A stretch of DNA of 63,356 nucleotides, filler included, from Rhabdomonas costata (GCA_019059605.1; 33 parts of 33 records of this genome joined end to end with filler, not necessarily neighbours in it); one strand, 5' to 3'. Numbered from the whole stretch's first letter, positions 1 to 13,784 are shown. Made by a program: numbers and translations. Notes: a model not told the origin generated them from the sequence alone.

Positions 1-1823
1 TTTTGTTGGAGGGACAACCTCCTGTGTATGGTGCAAGGGAATAAAATAGAAACCAAAAAGCACATACGGGGATATAGAAGGAGTTAACCCAGAAACTATT
101 CCAACATTAGATCTGATATGTGCACATGCGGTTCTCAGCCTGTGAGGTCCAACGTTGTTCCGTTTAATCTGCATCTCTCTCTTCTCATCTCTTCAGAGGG
201 CTAGTTAGGTAAAACTTTGCCAGTGTTCCTTAGTGGAGTGTTTTGGTCAGCAGCTGGTCTAAGGACCACCCAAAAGCTGGGATACGGCGGCGACAGCAAT
301 AGTCCGCGGCGAGGCGTGGGAAGCAGGGGCACGAACGTAGCATGGGGGTCATTTATCGACCCTTGAAAATACTTCTGTAATTCTCCTGAGAAAAATCGTT
401 AACACTGAAAACTATTCGACCTGGTAAGGTTTACCAGTGGTAACTGTGGTAACTGGTCCCCAAGCTCCAAAGCACCCCAGGACCTTCCTCCGGGAGAGAG
501 AATGGTAGAGGTGGGGTACTCAGAACCTGCAGAAACCGCACCGCATCGAACACTGCGCGTCGCACTCGGTCTATCTCGTAGCCGGATAGCTCCAGGCTCA
601 CCATATACTCGGAAGGCCCTTCAGAATGCAAAACTAGATTTTCGACTGGAGAATTTCAACATGCACACATACGGGCACGGGAGTTCCGAGGACGCTACCC
701 AGTGCTAATGATCATATCTAACCAATGCCAAAACTGCTGTTGCACGACCAAATCTCCAGCAAAGAAACTCAAACGACGAAGACGGGAGGACCCTAAAATT
801 AGTTACGAGGATTCTTCAGTGCTGAGCACCCCGGACAGGTTTGAATGCTTTTGCGTTGGAGCGAGATATTGGGCCCTCCCATAGTGCGCGCGCGCCTCGA
901 CCTTCGAAGTTCTGCCAATCTCTTAGACAGTATAACAGACAAGAGTGTCAGTTTACTATAAGTAGTACTCTATACCCTCACTTTGTCCGTGCAGTTCAGG
1001 TCTAATTTGAGCCGCACTTAAGGGCAGCAGCCACGCCACGAAATAAAAAAGCTTCAATAGCTTCTTCAGTTGCTACCATTGCTGCCATTTATTGGCCCCT
1101 TAGATCTCTTCCTCTGCTGGGGCATACACAAAACCACAACACCACAAACCGCACAGAAAGGACATGTGCATTCTTCAAAAGTGAGAAACCGCACAGGACC
1201 TCGGGGCCTGGACTCCTTAGAAAAGTGCGGGGCGGCCTCAAAGTCGGCCATATGGACATCGTTGGGCAGCGGAAAGGTCTGCTTGTGCTGCTTAAGCCCG
1301 AAGATGTTAAATCTCCGCCGCCATAGAATCCGGGAGGCCCGCATCCGACTTCACCCCTCACCCCGACTTGGGGCGGCACCCGTGCCTCAGTCACAACAAA
1401 GAATACATCAGTAGCAAATGATTCAAAAGTAGCACTGTATGAAAAAAAAAAAAGAGAGAGTTAGACCTCAAGCTGGTTTTCACAGCGACCGTTGCGTCCT
1501 TCCCCGATGGCTATGAAGTCAAGCTGGTAATCCCTCACTACAGCGTCTCAGAAAGAAACAACTGTAGCCGTTCTCAGGGAAAAAAGAGCAGGGGCGTGAC
1601 CGTGCAACTCTCCGCTGTGACAACATGGTATGGAATGAGTGCAGGGTAAATATTCTCATGGAAACCTCCTCCCTGTCACTGAAAGAGAAGCCACCATTCA
1701 ACCCTTCTGCACGTTTTCTCTTGAGAATACTCTGGTAGCGTGACAAAGCATCATACCACAGGTCGTACAACACAGAAAAATAAAAAAAGCAAAAGGAAAG
1801 AAACGGCGCATTTGCTCCCGGTT

Positions 1824-1923
1824 NNNNNNNNNNNNNNNNNNNNNNNNNNNNNNNNNNNNNNNNNNNNTTAATTAATTAANNNNNNNNNNNNNNNNNNNNN
1901 NNNNNNNNNNNNNNNNNNNNNNN
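1824..1923. other. Artificial contig-joining spacer (N44-TTAATTAATTAA-N44); first of 32, recurring about every 1.92 kb up to 61436-61535
   Basis: Identical 100-bp spacer carrying a six-frame stop linker; the intervening contigs are all about 1820-1836 bp, i.e. size-sorted. Confidence 0.98.
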
Positions 1924-1928
1924 GGGGG

Positions 1929-2070
1929 GGTTTAAGACATTAGGGGGTAAACATATACAAGACTCGATACTCCATTCGTTCAGAGATTTTAGTCTGCTCT
2001 ACCAGACTAAAATCTCTGAACGAATGGAGTATCGAGTCTTGTATATGTTTACCCCCTAATGTCTTAAACC
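1929..2070. repeat. Terminal fold-back inverted duplication (about 68-bp perfect arms, 6-nt loop); probable WGA chimera
   Basis: 1929-1996 is the reverse complement of 2003-2070; sits at the contig start. Confidence 0.85.
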
Positions 2071-3244
2071 GCTGCACCAGAAGGGTGACGAAATTTGTAG
2101 AATTCTCGAAAATCTTAGCAAGTTCTTTTGCAGTTTGGAGTCCGATTCTCCTGTTGCCCAGAGCGAAAATAAACCCATCCAGGTTGACATGTTTTGCTAG
2201 TTCGATACTCGCTAGTAGGACTGGAACAGACTTTTTACAAAACCGTCGATACCTTCAATGACCTCTTTGCGCTCTTTGAGCAAAAAAATGTCAGCGAAGT
2301 TCTTCACCAAACCATGCTGCACAAGGAGACCGAGGCGTTCCCGTCCTAGGGTCTCTATCTTGAAACACTCGACGAAGTGGCGCAGTTTTCGATCCAGTTG
2401 GGCAGGGCAAGAAGCATTTGAACAAAGGAGATACGTGCCCCGCTCGTCAAAACTAACTTGTCCTTTGCATGATGGGCAGAGCGTTGCAACGATAAACTCC
2501 TGCGAGTTTTCTGCGCGCATGAAAGGATCTATTTCAGCAGCTTTTGGTATAACGTCGCCAGCCCTTTGTAGGATAACCACGTCACCTATCCTGATGTCTT
2601 TTCTTAGAACATCTTTGTAATTATGCAGTGTAGCCTTGGAAATCACGACGCCACCAACCCTCACTGGCTCCAGCAATGCTACTGGTGTCAGCACCCCCGT
2701 CCTTCCTACTTGCGGTCTTATTTCCAACAACTTAGCACTTGCTATAGCGGCAGGAAATTTATGGGCTATGGCGAAACGTGGACGACCTCCAGTTTTGTCC
2801 AAGTTTATTTTGGTAATCTACGTTATTGAGTTTGTACACCAGGCCATCTATCTCAAACTTGAACTCTTGTCTCCTTTTCAAGAACCCTTCGTATACGCTA
2901 CCAAGCTCCGTCTCATCACGTACTACCCTAAAATCTTTTTGTACGCAGAATCCAAGCTCCCCAAGCTTGAGCAGTATTTCAGACTGCTTTCGGATACAAT
3001 CCCACCCCATTAGACTGTAGGTAAAATATTTCAATAATGGACGTTCCTCTTCAGGAGAAAGCTGCCTAACTAGACCTGCAGCAGCGTTCCTGGGATTAGC
3101 AAATTTTATCTCGCGGGTTGTGTTGATTTCTGTGAAGTCTGTGATCGCCATATAAACCTCTCCACGCATCTCGAACCCCCTACGCTCGCTTATCCGAGTC
3201 GGAAATCCAGAGATGAGTCCGACGTTATGAGTCACATTCTCTCC
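2003..3244 (-). pseudogene. ligA: Bacterial-type NAD-dependent DNA ligase fragment (C-terminal adenylation domain, OB fold, C4 Zn finger, HhH); 5'-truncated, two frameshifts
   Basis: Motifs GENVTHNV, EMRGEVYM, FANPRNAAAG, EIDGLVYK, PRFAIAHKF, QVGRTGVLTPVALLEPV, ATLHN, RAGDVIP, CPSC..C..CPAQ, then FIFALG..IG..TAKELA; frameshifts near 2793-2796 and 2238; no introns. Confidence 0.9.
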
Positions 3245-4724
3245 CGCCGGGAGTTGCTGCTTTTCTCTGTGGTTGTGCCGCCACGCTTACTGCATATCCG
3301 ATTCGCCGAGACGCCGTGGTAGCAGAGTTTTTAACCCCGTGCACCTGTCCTTGTGCTGCTCTCAGGACACCTGACGCTCCCTCAGGTGGCTTTAGCTCAG
3401 TCTCTGCTGCAGCAGATTGCGGCCTGTCTGGAGGTTTGTCAGCGGGCCTTTCACGCTTTTTTTCTTGAGTTTTCTTAGATGCACAAAACAGCAGAAATGT
3501 TTGAATCGGAGCGGGATGCGGTATCTCCCTCGTCAATGCGACAGCTTCTGTCGTGGTGGTGATTAGCATGGTGATGACGTTGGTGGTGATGGGGGTGGGT
3601 TCGTGTGAGATGGGGGTAGAGGAGAAAAGGAACTTGGCTGTTGGACTCTTTTCATTGGACTGACCTCTGGAAAGTCACCACCTTTTCCTGACTCCAAAAA
3701 CCACTGCACGCAAGTGACGAACCAAAACCCACCAAACACACCAACACNNNNNNNNNNNNNNNNNNNNNNNNNNNNNNNNNNNNNNNNNNNNTTAATTAAT
3801 TAANNNNNNNNNNNNNNNNNNNNNNNNNNNNNNNNNNNNNNNNNNNNGCGGCAAGGCGAGTACTCGCGGCAGTGCAGAAAAAATAAGGAGGGCAAGGTCG
3901 GATCCCAGCCAAAAGCGAGAAGGAGGGGGAGGGCGACGAGGAGAAGGGCGGAAAGGAGGTGGAGGAGGGAGAGCCGGTATTGAGCAGCTCAGCCGCTCGA
4001 CCCTCCAGGGTGCCGCACTCGCCCCCGGAGCGAACCCGAAGGGATGGACGGAGCAGGTGGGTGACCTTTGAACCCCAAGGCAAACCCTGAGCAGCGTGAG
4101 CGACTTGACGATCAGGGAAACCGCTGTAGGCGTTCCAGAAATTTGCGCTCACGTCCTCAAGTAGGAATTCCCGGCCGCGAGCCGAAGGGTATGCCAAGGA
4201 CAAGTTTTTGCTCGTCCCAGGACGGTGTGGGAACCGGGTATCCGGGGGGAGCAGGAGCTCCTCGGCGACCAGATGCGACACTTGGACGCGTTGGCCCTGA
4301 GCCCCACGCCAGCGAAAGTGGAGGTGAGAAGTCCAACCGCAGTGGAGGCTGTGCCTCTTTCTTGGTCCTACCGGTCGTCTTGGCAATTAGACCACACGCA
4401 GCACTGAACACACAGGCCCGCCTGGGCAACGCGGGCATGCCAGGGACAAGGCGATATGACAAACGCAATGGCGGCGGGGGCGGGAAAAGATCACAGTAGA
4501 AGAATCGAAACGCGAATTATCGGACTTCAGAACACCGCGCGTTTGAAACCTCGGCGAAGGGGCAAGCACACTAACCACCAACCCACGTTTGCGCGTGTGT
4601 GTTCCGCGTTTCTATGGTCTCCCCTGTGTTCTTTTTTATTCTTCTCACCTTTGCCTGCTTTGCTGAAGCCTGCACGGTGCACGGTGCTGACTCTTGTCTT
4701 CTGCCGTGGAGCAGTGACTTGATT

Positions 4725-5671
4725 GGTCACTTGATTGGGTCGGAAAAGCAAGTTTCTGTGGCCCTTGATCATCTTGTTCCACGTGCCAACTCAGTAGGGG
4801 TGTCTTTGAACCCGCAAAAGTGTATTGTCTGGGGTCCCGTGGAGGATCTTTCCTCCCCTCTCCTGAAGACATTTCGGCAGGTTTCGTTTGAGGAGGGACT
4901 GTGCATCCTGGGATCTTTCGTGGTCCTTCAGAGGCCTTCGGAGAGTACGCGGAAAAACTCACTGAGAAGCTTCATTATTACACCGAGCGTTTGTTGGCTC
5001 TGGATTGCCCACAAGCAGCCCTCCAGCTTCTACGCAGTTGCCTTGGAGCATGCAAGGTTGTTTATGCCTCCAGGACGATTCCTCCCGCGATGATGCAGCC
5101 CGTTTTGGATGAAGTGACGGCTTTTGTGCGGTCGACGTTGGAACAGCTCTTGGATACTCATTTGGATGAAGGTCAGTGGATTCAGGCTTGCTTCCCCATG
5201 TCTTCTGGCGGCCTGGGTATCACGGACCCCTCCAGCATGGGTGCCCCTGCATTCCTGTCTTCGGCCCTGCGCTTCGTTCACGACGCTCAAACGGTCGGTC
5301 TAACAGCTCCTCTGGCAGGCCCCCTGCCCGTTGCTTTGGCCGATGCTATGCATGCCACTGACAACCTTCTTGGGCTCTCCTCTGATCATCTCCGTCTGTG
5401 TCTCCAGACGGGATCGCTGGACCACCTTCCTGCTGCCTCCTTGAAAAACTTCATCCAGCAGTCCTTTTGGCGCAACTCGTGGCTGAACGCCGAGTTGTGC
5501 ACTTCGAGAACTTGGCCTCGGCTAGAGACCGCTTTCGTCGACTTTGCCAAGCACGTCCTCATGCGGCGGTCTGGCTTTTGGACCCACCCAACGTCGCGCT
5601 GGACCTGCAGGTGCCTTCTCAGACTTTTCGGCTGTTGTGCCTGCGGTGGGTGGGAGTCCCTCTGCATTCCT
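4725..5671 (+). mobile_element. CRE/SLACS-clade-like non-LTR retrotransposon; C-terminal RT/thumb and downstream region, frameshifted
   Basis: GVSLNPQKC, GLCILGS, QAALQLLRSC, WIQACFPMSSGGLG, A.AFLSS and AAVWLL.PP...TFRLLCLRWVGVP spread over three frames (shifts near 4921 and 5470). Confidence 0.7.
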
Positions 5672-5778
5672 NNNNNNNNNNNNNNNNNNNNNNNNNNNNN
5701 NNNNNNNNNNNNNNNTTAATTAATTAANNNNNNNNNNNNNNNNNNNNNNNNNNNNNNNNNNNNNNNNNNNNGTGTGTG

Positions 5779-5945
5779 GTTGTTATTGCCTTCCGTCTGC
5801 ACCCATTTGCCCAACCAGAATCAACCCGCAAACGTCGAAACGGCTTTGCCTCAGCTATGGGTACCCTGCAAATGCAGAGCCGTTTCGACGTTTGCGGGTT
5901 GATTCTGGTTGGGCAAATGGGTGCAGACGGAAGGCAATAACAAGC
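5779..5945. repeat. Terminal fold-back inverted duplication; probable WGA chimera
   Basis: Perfect inverted arms of about 65 bp at the contig start. Confidence 0.85.
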
Positions 5946-6127
5946 ACAAGAAAACAATGAAAAGGAGTGGGCAGGGGAGCCATTTGGGAACGTGTCATTG
6001 CTAAAGAGGCACCGTGGGAGGAGGGAGGGCTGAATGCCAGGTGCAAAGTGCGGTCGCGGGGAGTAGTCTTTCGTCTTATTGTGTATCAGTCAGTGAGTGA
6101 GAGTAAGAGAGTAAGTGAGTCAGTGAG

Positions 6128-6364
6128 TTAGTGAGCGAGCGAGTGAGCGTGATGTGCTGCTGCCTGGGCGTTGTCCAGACGGATCAGCACGATGGAGCAG
6201 GTGCACTCCAGCGGGAGCTCCTCCGCGGTGCTGACGGGAGGGGTCTGGCGCAGGAACTCCAGCTGCCGCTCGCAGCGGTTCAGGCGCTCGCTGAGCTCCA
6301 TCGGCAGCAGCGCGAACAGCCGTGCGGGGGTGGAGATCCCCTTCAGCGAGAAGAACCCCACGTC
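6128..6364 (-). CDS. Exon of a class III adenylate/guanylate cyclase-like protein (end of the catalytic domain)
   Basis: cag|DVGFFSLKGISTPARLFAL matches the G..xLKG C-terminal cyclase motif. Confidence 0.55.
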   Translation of the reverse strand, partial: DVGFFSLKGISTPARLFALLPMELSERLNRCERQLEFLRQTPPVSTAEELPLECTCSIVLIRLDNAQAAAHHAHSLAH

Positions 6365-7694
6365 CTGCAGGAACGCTGAGGTCAGGTCTGTGTGTATGTG
6401 GGTGTCGGTGTTGGGCGAATGGCGCACTGAATGGCGCGCTGTTGGCAAGGGTGCGCGCGAGTACCGTGGGGTACCGGCTCACCGCCGAACGTTCCACGTA
6501 TGAATCCCTTCTTCCCCGCGGGTCCCGGGCCTCAGTGTGTGTGCCATGTCCAGCAACAGCCACACAAGGGGTGCAGTCAAGGAGACCGGTTGAAACTTGC
6601 AGAAGTCTGTAACCCAAAAATAGCAAAAGAGAGGGGGCTTCTAGGAGAGGCGCGCGGGCAGACGAAAGAAACAGGCGCACGGAGGCGCATTGTGTTGTGT
6701 CAAATTCGCTAGTTTTGCGTGGATGGGAGTTTTGGGCGGGCAAACTGGTTTCACATTAGATTCTTTTAGTCTCGGTCTGAAGCGGCTGAAAATTTCAAAA
6801 CAAGCCGGCAGGGTCAAGTGATTATGAGATCCGCGGGTGGACAGCGGTACCAAAGGAAACCGAAAGTGGGAAGAAAAGCACGGAAAAGACAACTGGCATT
6901 GTGGGCGGAAAATCAGTAGCAATCGTCGCGGTAGGCCGACGGAGGAGGAAAGAAGAGAAGAGAAGGGAAGGGAAAGGGAAGAAGAGAAGAAGGGCCCCGG
7001 GTTTACCATGGGGCCGTGCGTAGCAGCCCCCGCGGATTTCCGTGCGGAGCGGGGTCCGTAACGAGGCCAGGCTTAGGCCCATCGACCGACACCGTGTTAT
7101 GGATGTTCTTGGCCCCTGCGGACGTCGAAACTGTAAAATTCAATTCCACCGTTTCAAAGAAAAAAGCGGCAGGCAGACAAAGGAAGGCACCAAGTGACCC
7201 ATGCAAAAGGGGTAAAGAGGATACAAGAGCACGAACACACAGACGGGCAAACGGGAGCCCTTCACAATAAAACAAACAAGGCCAAGGCGGAGAAGACAAA
7301 GCATAAAACAGAACGGCTGACGTTTCTATGGCGCCACCCTTTGCGTAAGCTGATGTGTTGAATTTTGCTGTGCGCAATTGTGGCTTTCAAAGGCGAAAAT
7401 CACGATAAGGATATAGGAAACAAGATTGGACGGAGTCTAGTGGGGATACGAAGCGCAGTACCCGCAACCGCAGGAGCAATTAAAATTGGATTCATGACAA
7501 AGACTACCCTGAGTCCTGAGTTCCGTTGTAACGATACTCGGGCCGCTTTCGCCGCGTACGCCCGCCTGACCCTGCATGTTGGAAATAAAACCCCNNNNNN
7601 NNNNNNNNNNNNNNNNNNNNNNNNNNNNNNNNNNNNNNTTAATTAATTAANNNNNNNNNNNNNNNNNNNNNNNNNNNNNNNNNNNNNNNNNNNN

Positions 7695-9309
<1,615 letters not shown>

Positions 9310-9617
9310 CTGTGGAGCCGAGAGGCCCAAATGGATCCCATGATATGACAAACAATTGAAATATGGAAGAGAAAAGTTCAAAACAGAAAAGCAACAGAGT
9401 GGAACAATACGGAAAACCCCCGGAAAAAACAGAACGTTCACAGGGCACTTCCAAATTGTAAAGTAAACACTCGTGACTAACGAAATTCCAGCGATTACGT
9501 TTGTTAAATCACCCCCCNNNNNNNNNNNNNNNNNNNNNNNNNNNNNNNNNNNNNNNNNNNNTTAATTAATTAANNNNNNNNNNNNNNNNNNNNNNNNNNN
9601 NNNNNNNNNNNNNNNNN

Positions 9618-11338
9618 GGGTGGGGGGCAGAGGAGTGTGGGGCAGCAGCTGTTATTGTCTGCAAAAGGACGCAAAGAGAAGGAGGGGAGAGCGTGTGTGT
9701 GTGTGTGTGTGTGCGTGTGCAGGCAACATAGGCACGGTGAAGAATGATGAGGCAGCTACGCTTTCAATTCGCGCACAGCGCAAAATCGAGCGACACCCGA
9801 GTCGGTCGTAAAATTACTGCTTCGGTCCTTCTCACGTGCGACCGGAAACGTATCTCACTCCCCCTCTCCCTGCGCCGCCTCTTGGTGGTCCACCATCCCA
9901 CACGTGAATTTCAGTGACATCACATTCCATTCAGTTTTCGAAAGTCGCTCGTCCGGTTACTCAAAGTACAGATATGCACCTACACAAGCACACACACATG
10001 CTTGCACGAAGGTGTGAGTGGGGTCGTGGATGCTCTGTGAGTGGCCGAAGCACTGCTCGCAAAGGTCGTAGTTCTCGCACTGCACACAGTGGAAGAAGGT
10101 GGTCAGTGGGCTGTGCAAACAGAAGTCACACTGCACCACCCACGCTGAGTCAGAACCCCTAGCGGAGTAGCGCGGCGCGGCCATTTGGGCTCTGGGGCGA
10201 ATGGGGGTGCCTTAAGTATCGCGAGAAAGAGGGGCGAACAACACACAAGACAGAGATTTGCGAAAGAAGGCAGGAAGGGGAGAGCGTGACTCAGGCGAGG
10301 TGCGGATATCGCATGGGAGTGGGTACCCCAAAAGTCCCGGAAATGGGATGACGGAAACGAGGGGCGGCAAGCGCCCTTTGGGCAGAGTGAGACCACCTGA
10401 AAAACAAAGGAAGAGGCGTTCTGGTAGAAAGGGAGCTGCCACGTCGAAGGTGATATTCGTAGTGATCTCGCTACTCATCGTCCATAATCGGCGTAAATTA
10501 ATTTTCAAACTCAGTTCTGGCCGAACCTCTTGTGTCACGCAGTCCACAATACAGGCTAGATAATAAAGGAGCCCTTACGTCGGGCCACAGTTCACTGCCA
10601 TTGGACACAAAAGCCCCTTCCGCGAGTCTTCAAAGGATTCATGGGGTTCCGTAAGCGAGACCCAAAACTTGAAAGAGACCCACATTTTAATCAGGGCAGG
10701 GACATCGCAAACCGAACCAAACTAAAATACAGCCTCCAGAGCTCTCGGGCTCGCGAGGACATCTCGCGGTTTCCCTCCTGCGCTCTTCCCTGAGCAATCG
10801 GCAGAAAAAACACAATAAGGCAGGCAGGCATGAAAAAAGTACAGCAAGGTTTCCAGATGCACAGAAAAAGTACATCAAATCGCCGTACAACAAGCACATG
10901 CACCCACATTCCCACCCAACCGTCCACTGCTCCACAAAACACTGTGTGTGCATCTACATCCGTGTCAAACCGCCGCCGTCACAGCCACTGCGACCCGTGG
11001 GGATCGCACCCTCGTGCCCCGCATCCATGCAAGGCCCCAGACCCACTGTGCTAAACCGCGGCGCGGTGCGAAGAGTTTTGGCCGGTGTCCATCTCGTCCG
11101 GAGAAATCCCCCCACCGTGGCAGCCACGGCGGGGCTCCCACCGAGGCCCACTCTCCTCCTCCTCGTCCTCCTGCTCCTCATCGGAAGGACCGCTGCGGTC
11201 CTCCCCGCGGTCCTCGTCCTCGTCTTCAGTGTCCTCGTCGTCGTCCTCGTCGTCGTCTTCCTCGTCTTCTTCGTCGTCGATGTCCGCGACATCCTCCTCG
11301 TCATCGTCCTCTTCCTCCCCTCCGTCCACCCCAGCACC
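9618..11338 (-). CDS. Protein with a D/E-rich acidic exon (11338 to ~11057) and a ZZ-type zinc finger exon (10158-10002), partial
   Basis: CDFC..FFHCVQCENYDLCEQCF..H...HTF is a ZZ signature; the upstream acidic exon starts after ttgcag; linking the two exons is inferred. Confidence 0.7.
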
Positions 11339-11672
11339 CTGCAAGTAATAAAGGACATGTAGCCACTACACATCTCACATCAGTCCCTGAAAAATCTGTA
11401 AGGCATGGCGTCACCACATCACGAAGCAAACCCCAAAAACNNNNNNNNNNNNNNNNNNNNNNNNNNNNNNNNNNNNNNNNNNNNTTAATTAATTAANNNN
11501 NNNNNNNNNNNNNNNNNNNNNNNNNNNNNNNNNNNNNNNNGGTGGTTGTTGTAATTTTTTTCTATGCTTGTGGAGTTTCGAGCGGCTGATGTCATCGCAT
11601 CGTTTGTGGTTTTTCCGTTTTGTGCTACGTGGGTGTTGGTGAAATGCCAATTGTTTCTGTCCTCTTCTTCAG

Positions 11673-12198
11673 ATGAGCTGGACCTGTCCTACCTGATGCC
11701 CATGCTGCTGCAGTGCAAGGAGTACACCGGAGGAGAGGCCCAGATCCGGGAGTGTATGAAGGAGTACCAGCGATTCCTAAAGCTCTACTTCGAGACCCAT
11801 GATCTCAAGCTGGTCCAGTTTAGCTGTCCCCGCCTGTCGTTGTTGTTGTTGTTTGCTGCTTTCCTCTCTTTCATTCTAGGTTATTTTTTATTGCTCGTCA
11901 CGCTGCGACTCCAATGTTCACGCACTTTTTTGTCCAGGTGCCCTCCCGGCTGGTGGACCTGGTGTGGCATGCCCACGCCCTGCACACGCACCAGTACTTC
12001 CAGGACTGCCACGCGCTGTTCGGGAAGATGTTCTGGCACTTCCCTGAGTATGCTGTCTTCCTTTTGGCACACTCGTAGTTCGGAGATTAATAAGGAGTTT
12101 ATGGAGTTTGAGTTTTTCTGGAGTTCCAGAACTTCTCATCTCGTGCACTGCCCCTCAGCTATACTCCCATTGTCCATCAGGTCGTCGCTACCTTGTTC

Positions 12199-12235
<37 letters not shown>

Positions 12236-13245
12236 TGTGGCCTTCGGGAGGTCGAATTCCTCTGCGTGGCGCGCTCTCTCTCTCTCTCTATGCAGTCTTG
12301 TTTGTGACATTCTTGTCGCTTGTCGTTTCGCTGTGTCGAAGTTCATTTGGTTTTTGGAGTTCCTGACCTTCTCTTGCGCGTTTGTTTCCCCTCATCTCGT
12401 GTGATGCCCATCCGCGACGCTGCCTGATGTCTGTGTGTGTGTGTGTGTGTGTGTGTGCTTAATGACCGGGGCAAAGGCTTGCTCCGGAGTAATTTTTCGA
12501 CTTCAGTCGCCATATAGCTGCCGACTTTTGGAAGCTTCCGTTCGCACATTCATGTGCAGTCCAGATGCTGTGGGAAAGTCCCCGATGACCTCAATTCTAA
12601 CTGCCCCGGTTGGTGCTCTGATATTCACGTGGGGCTCCCCCTGGGGTTCTTGTGTCTTCTATGCCGCTTACGGCTTGCTCCGCAGGTACATCACCCTGCC
12701 GCCCTCGCAAAAGAGTGGGATCTCCGACACCCACGAACTGTACGCCAAGGCCTATGGTGAGGAGCCCCCCAAGGCCATCTGGGGCCCCGTTCCCGAGCCC
12801 GCGGCCGCCCCTCTGTCCAATGCCTTGACACCCCTGCCCTTAACGGAGATGCCTTCTCCGGAAGTTTGCTTTGGCCCCTTTCCTATTCCCAGTCTCCGGT
12901 AGATCGTTGACCGCTCGTTTTTTTTTGAAAGCCAACCTTCTCTTCTGCACTTTCGTGTCGCACAAGCGCGTGGAAGAAACGAAAGGTTGTGCGCATTACC
13001 TCCCAACGCCATAGCAGTTTTCCTTTTGCTTCGCCTCGCAAGCCCAACTGATCATGTCACACTTTGAAGCACCTCCCTGAACTTCATTTTCTTCTTCTCC
13101 TCTGCCTTAACCTTGGGCTGTGCGTGGATGTATTTGTGATGTTCTGATGCAGATGTGCGGCGGGTGTGGCGGCTGCAGAGGCTGCCGTGGGTGCCGAGGC
13201 TGCCGTGGATGTGGAGGCTGCCACCACCCCACCTCCGAACTGAAG
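11673..13245 (+). CDS. GRDP-like (glycine-rich domain-containing, DUF1399/TIGR04222-like) protein, partial; exons 11673-11812, 11938-12047, 12686-12863, 13153-13245
   Basis: EYQRFLKL..VPSRLVDLVWHAHALHTHQY..DC..FGK..H.P..Y..YGEEPP..IW; all junctions GT-AG and in phase; last exon MCGGCGGCRGCRGCRGCRGCGGCHH. Confidence 0.8.
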
Positions 13246-13784
13246 GTCTGGGCACTGGATTACTTTGGGCTAGCATCGGATAGAATGCAGTGCAGTGATC
13301 AGAAGATTGGTGTCGTCGCCCTTCTGTCCGATTTGTGCGGTCGAAGGGAGACCCCCGTAACCACNNNNNNNNNNNNNNNNNNNNNNNNNNNNNNNNNNNN
13401 NNNNNNNNTTAATTAATTAANNNNNNNNNNNNNNNNNNNNNNNNNNNNNNNNNNNNNNNNNNNNATTGTAGTTCTGTGTCGACCAGTGGCCGCCCAGTTT
13501 TGGATCGGTATGTGTGCGTGTGTGTGGGGGTGGGGGGTGGGGAAGGGACGAGGAGTCAGGCAGCTGGACCCAGAATGGGTCAGCGTTCGGATTCGGGTGG
13601 GTCACATGGACACAGAATTTCATTGCACGCGGCAGAAAAAACGAAAGGGTGTGTGTGTGCCAGTCTGAGAATAGAACGGGTTGTGGACGAGTAGGGTGAG
13701 GTTCACAGTTGATCCCTAGCAGTGAACAACTCTGCGCCCAACATTGAATAGCAACATCCCCACATCTTCTTAGCTGAAACCTTC

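Noticed and set aside
600..700. Third copy of the 28291-28520 intronic repeat in contig 1
   Set aside because: Only short matches (ggccc.ttca, ttttcgac, aatttcaa); not convincing by eye
2793..2799. Programmed ribosomal frameshift in ligA
   Set aside because: A second frameshift and the 5' truncation point to decay or error; no clear slippery heptamer
2003..5671. Ligase next to a reverse transcriptase as a retron-like or defence system
   Set aside because: They lie on different contigs ordered only by length, so adjacency is meaningless
10898..11496. Overlapping Ser-, Arg/Pro- and Val/Leu-rich ORFs
   Set aside because: Shadow frames of the acidic (GAC/GAG-rich) exon on the minus strand
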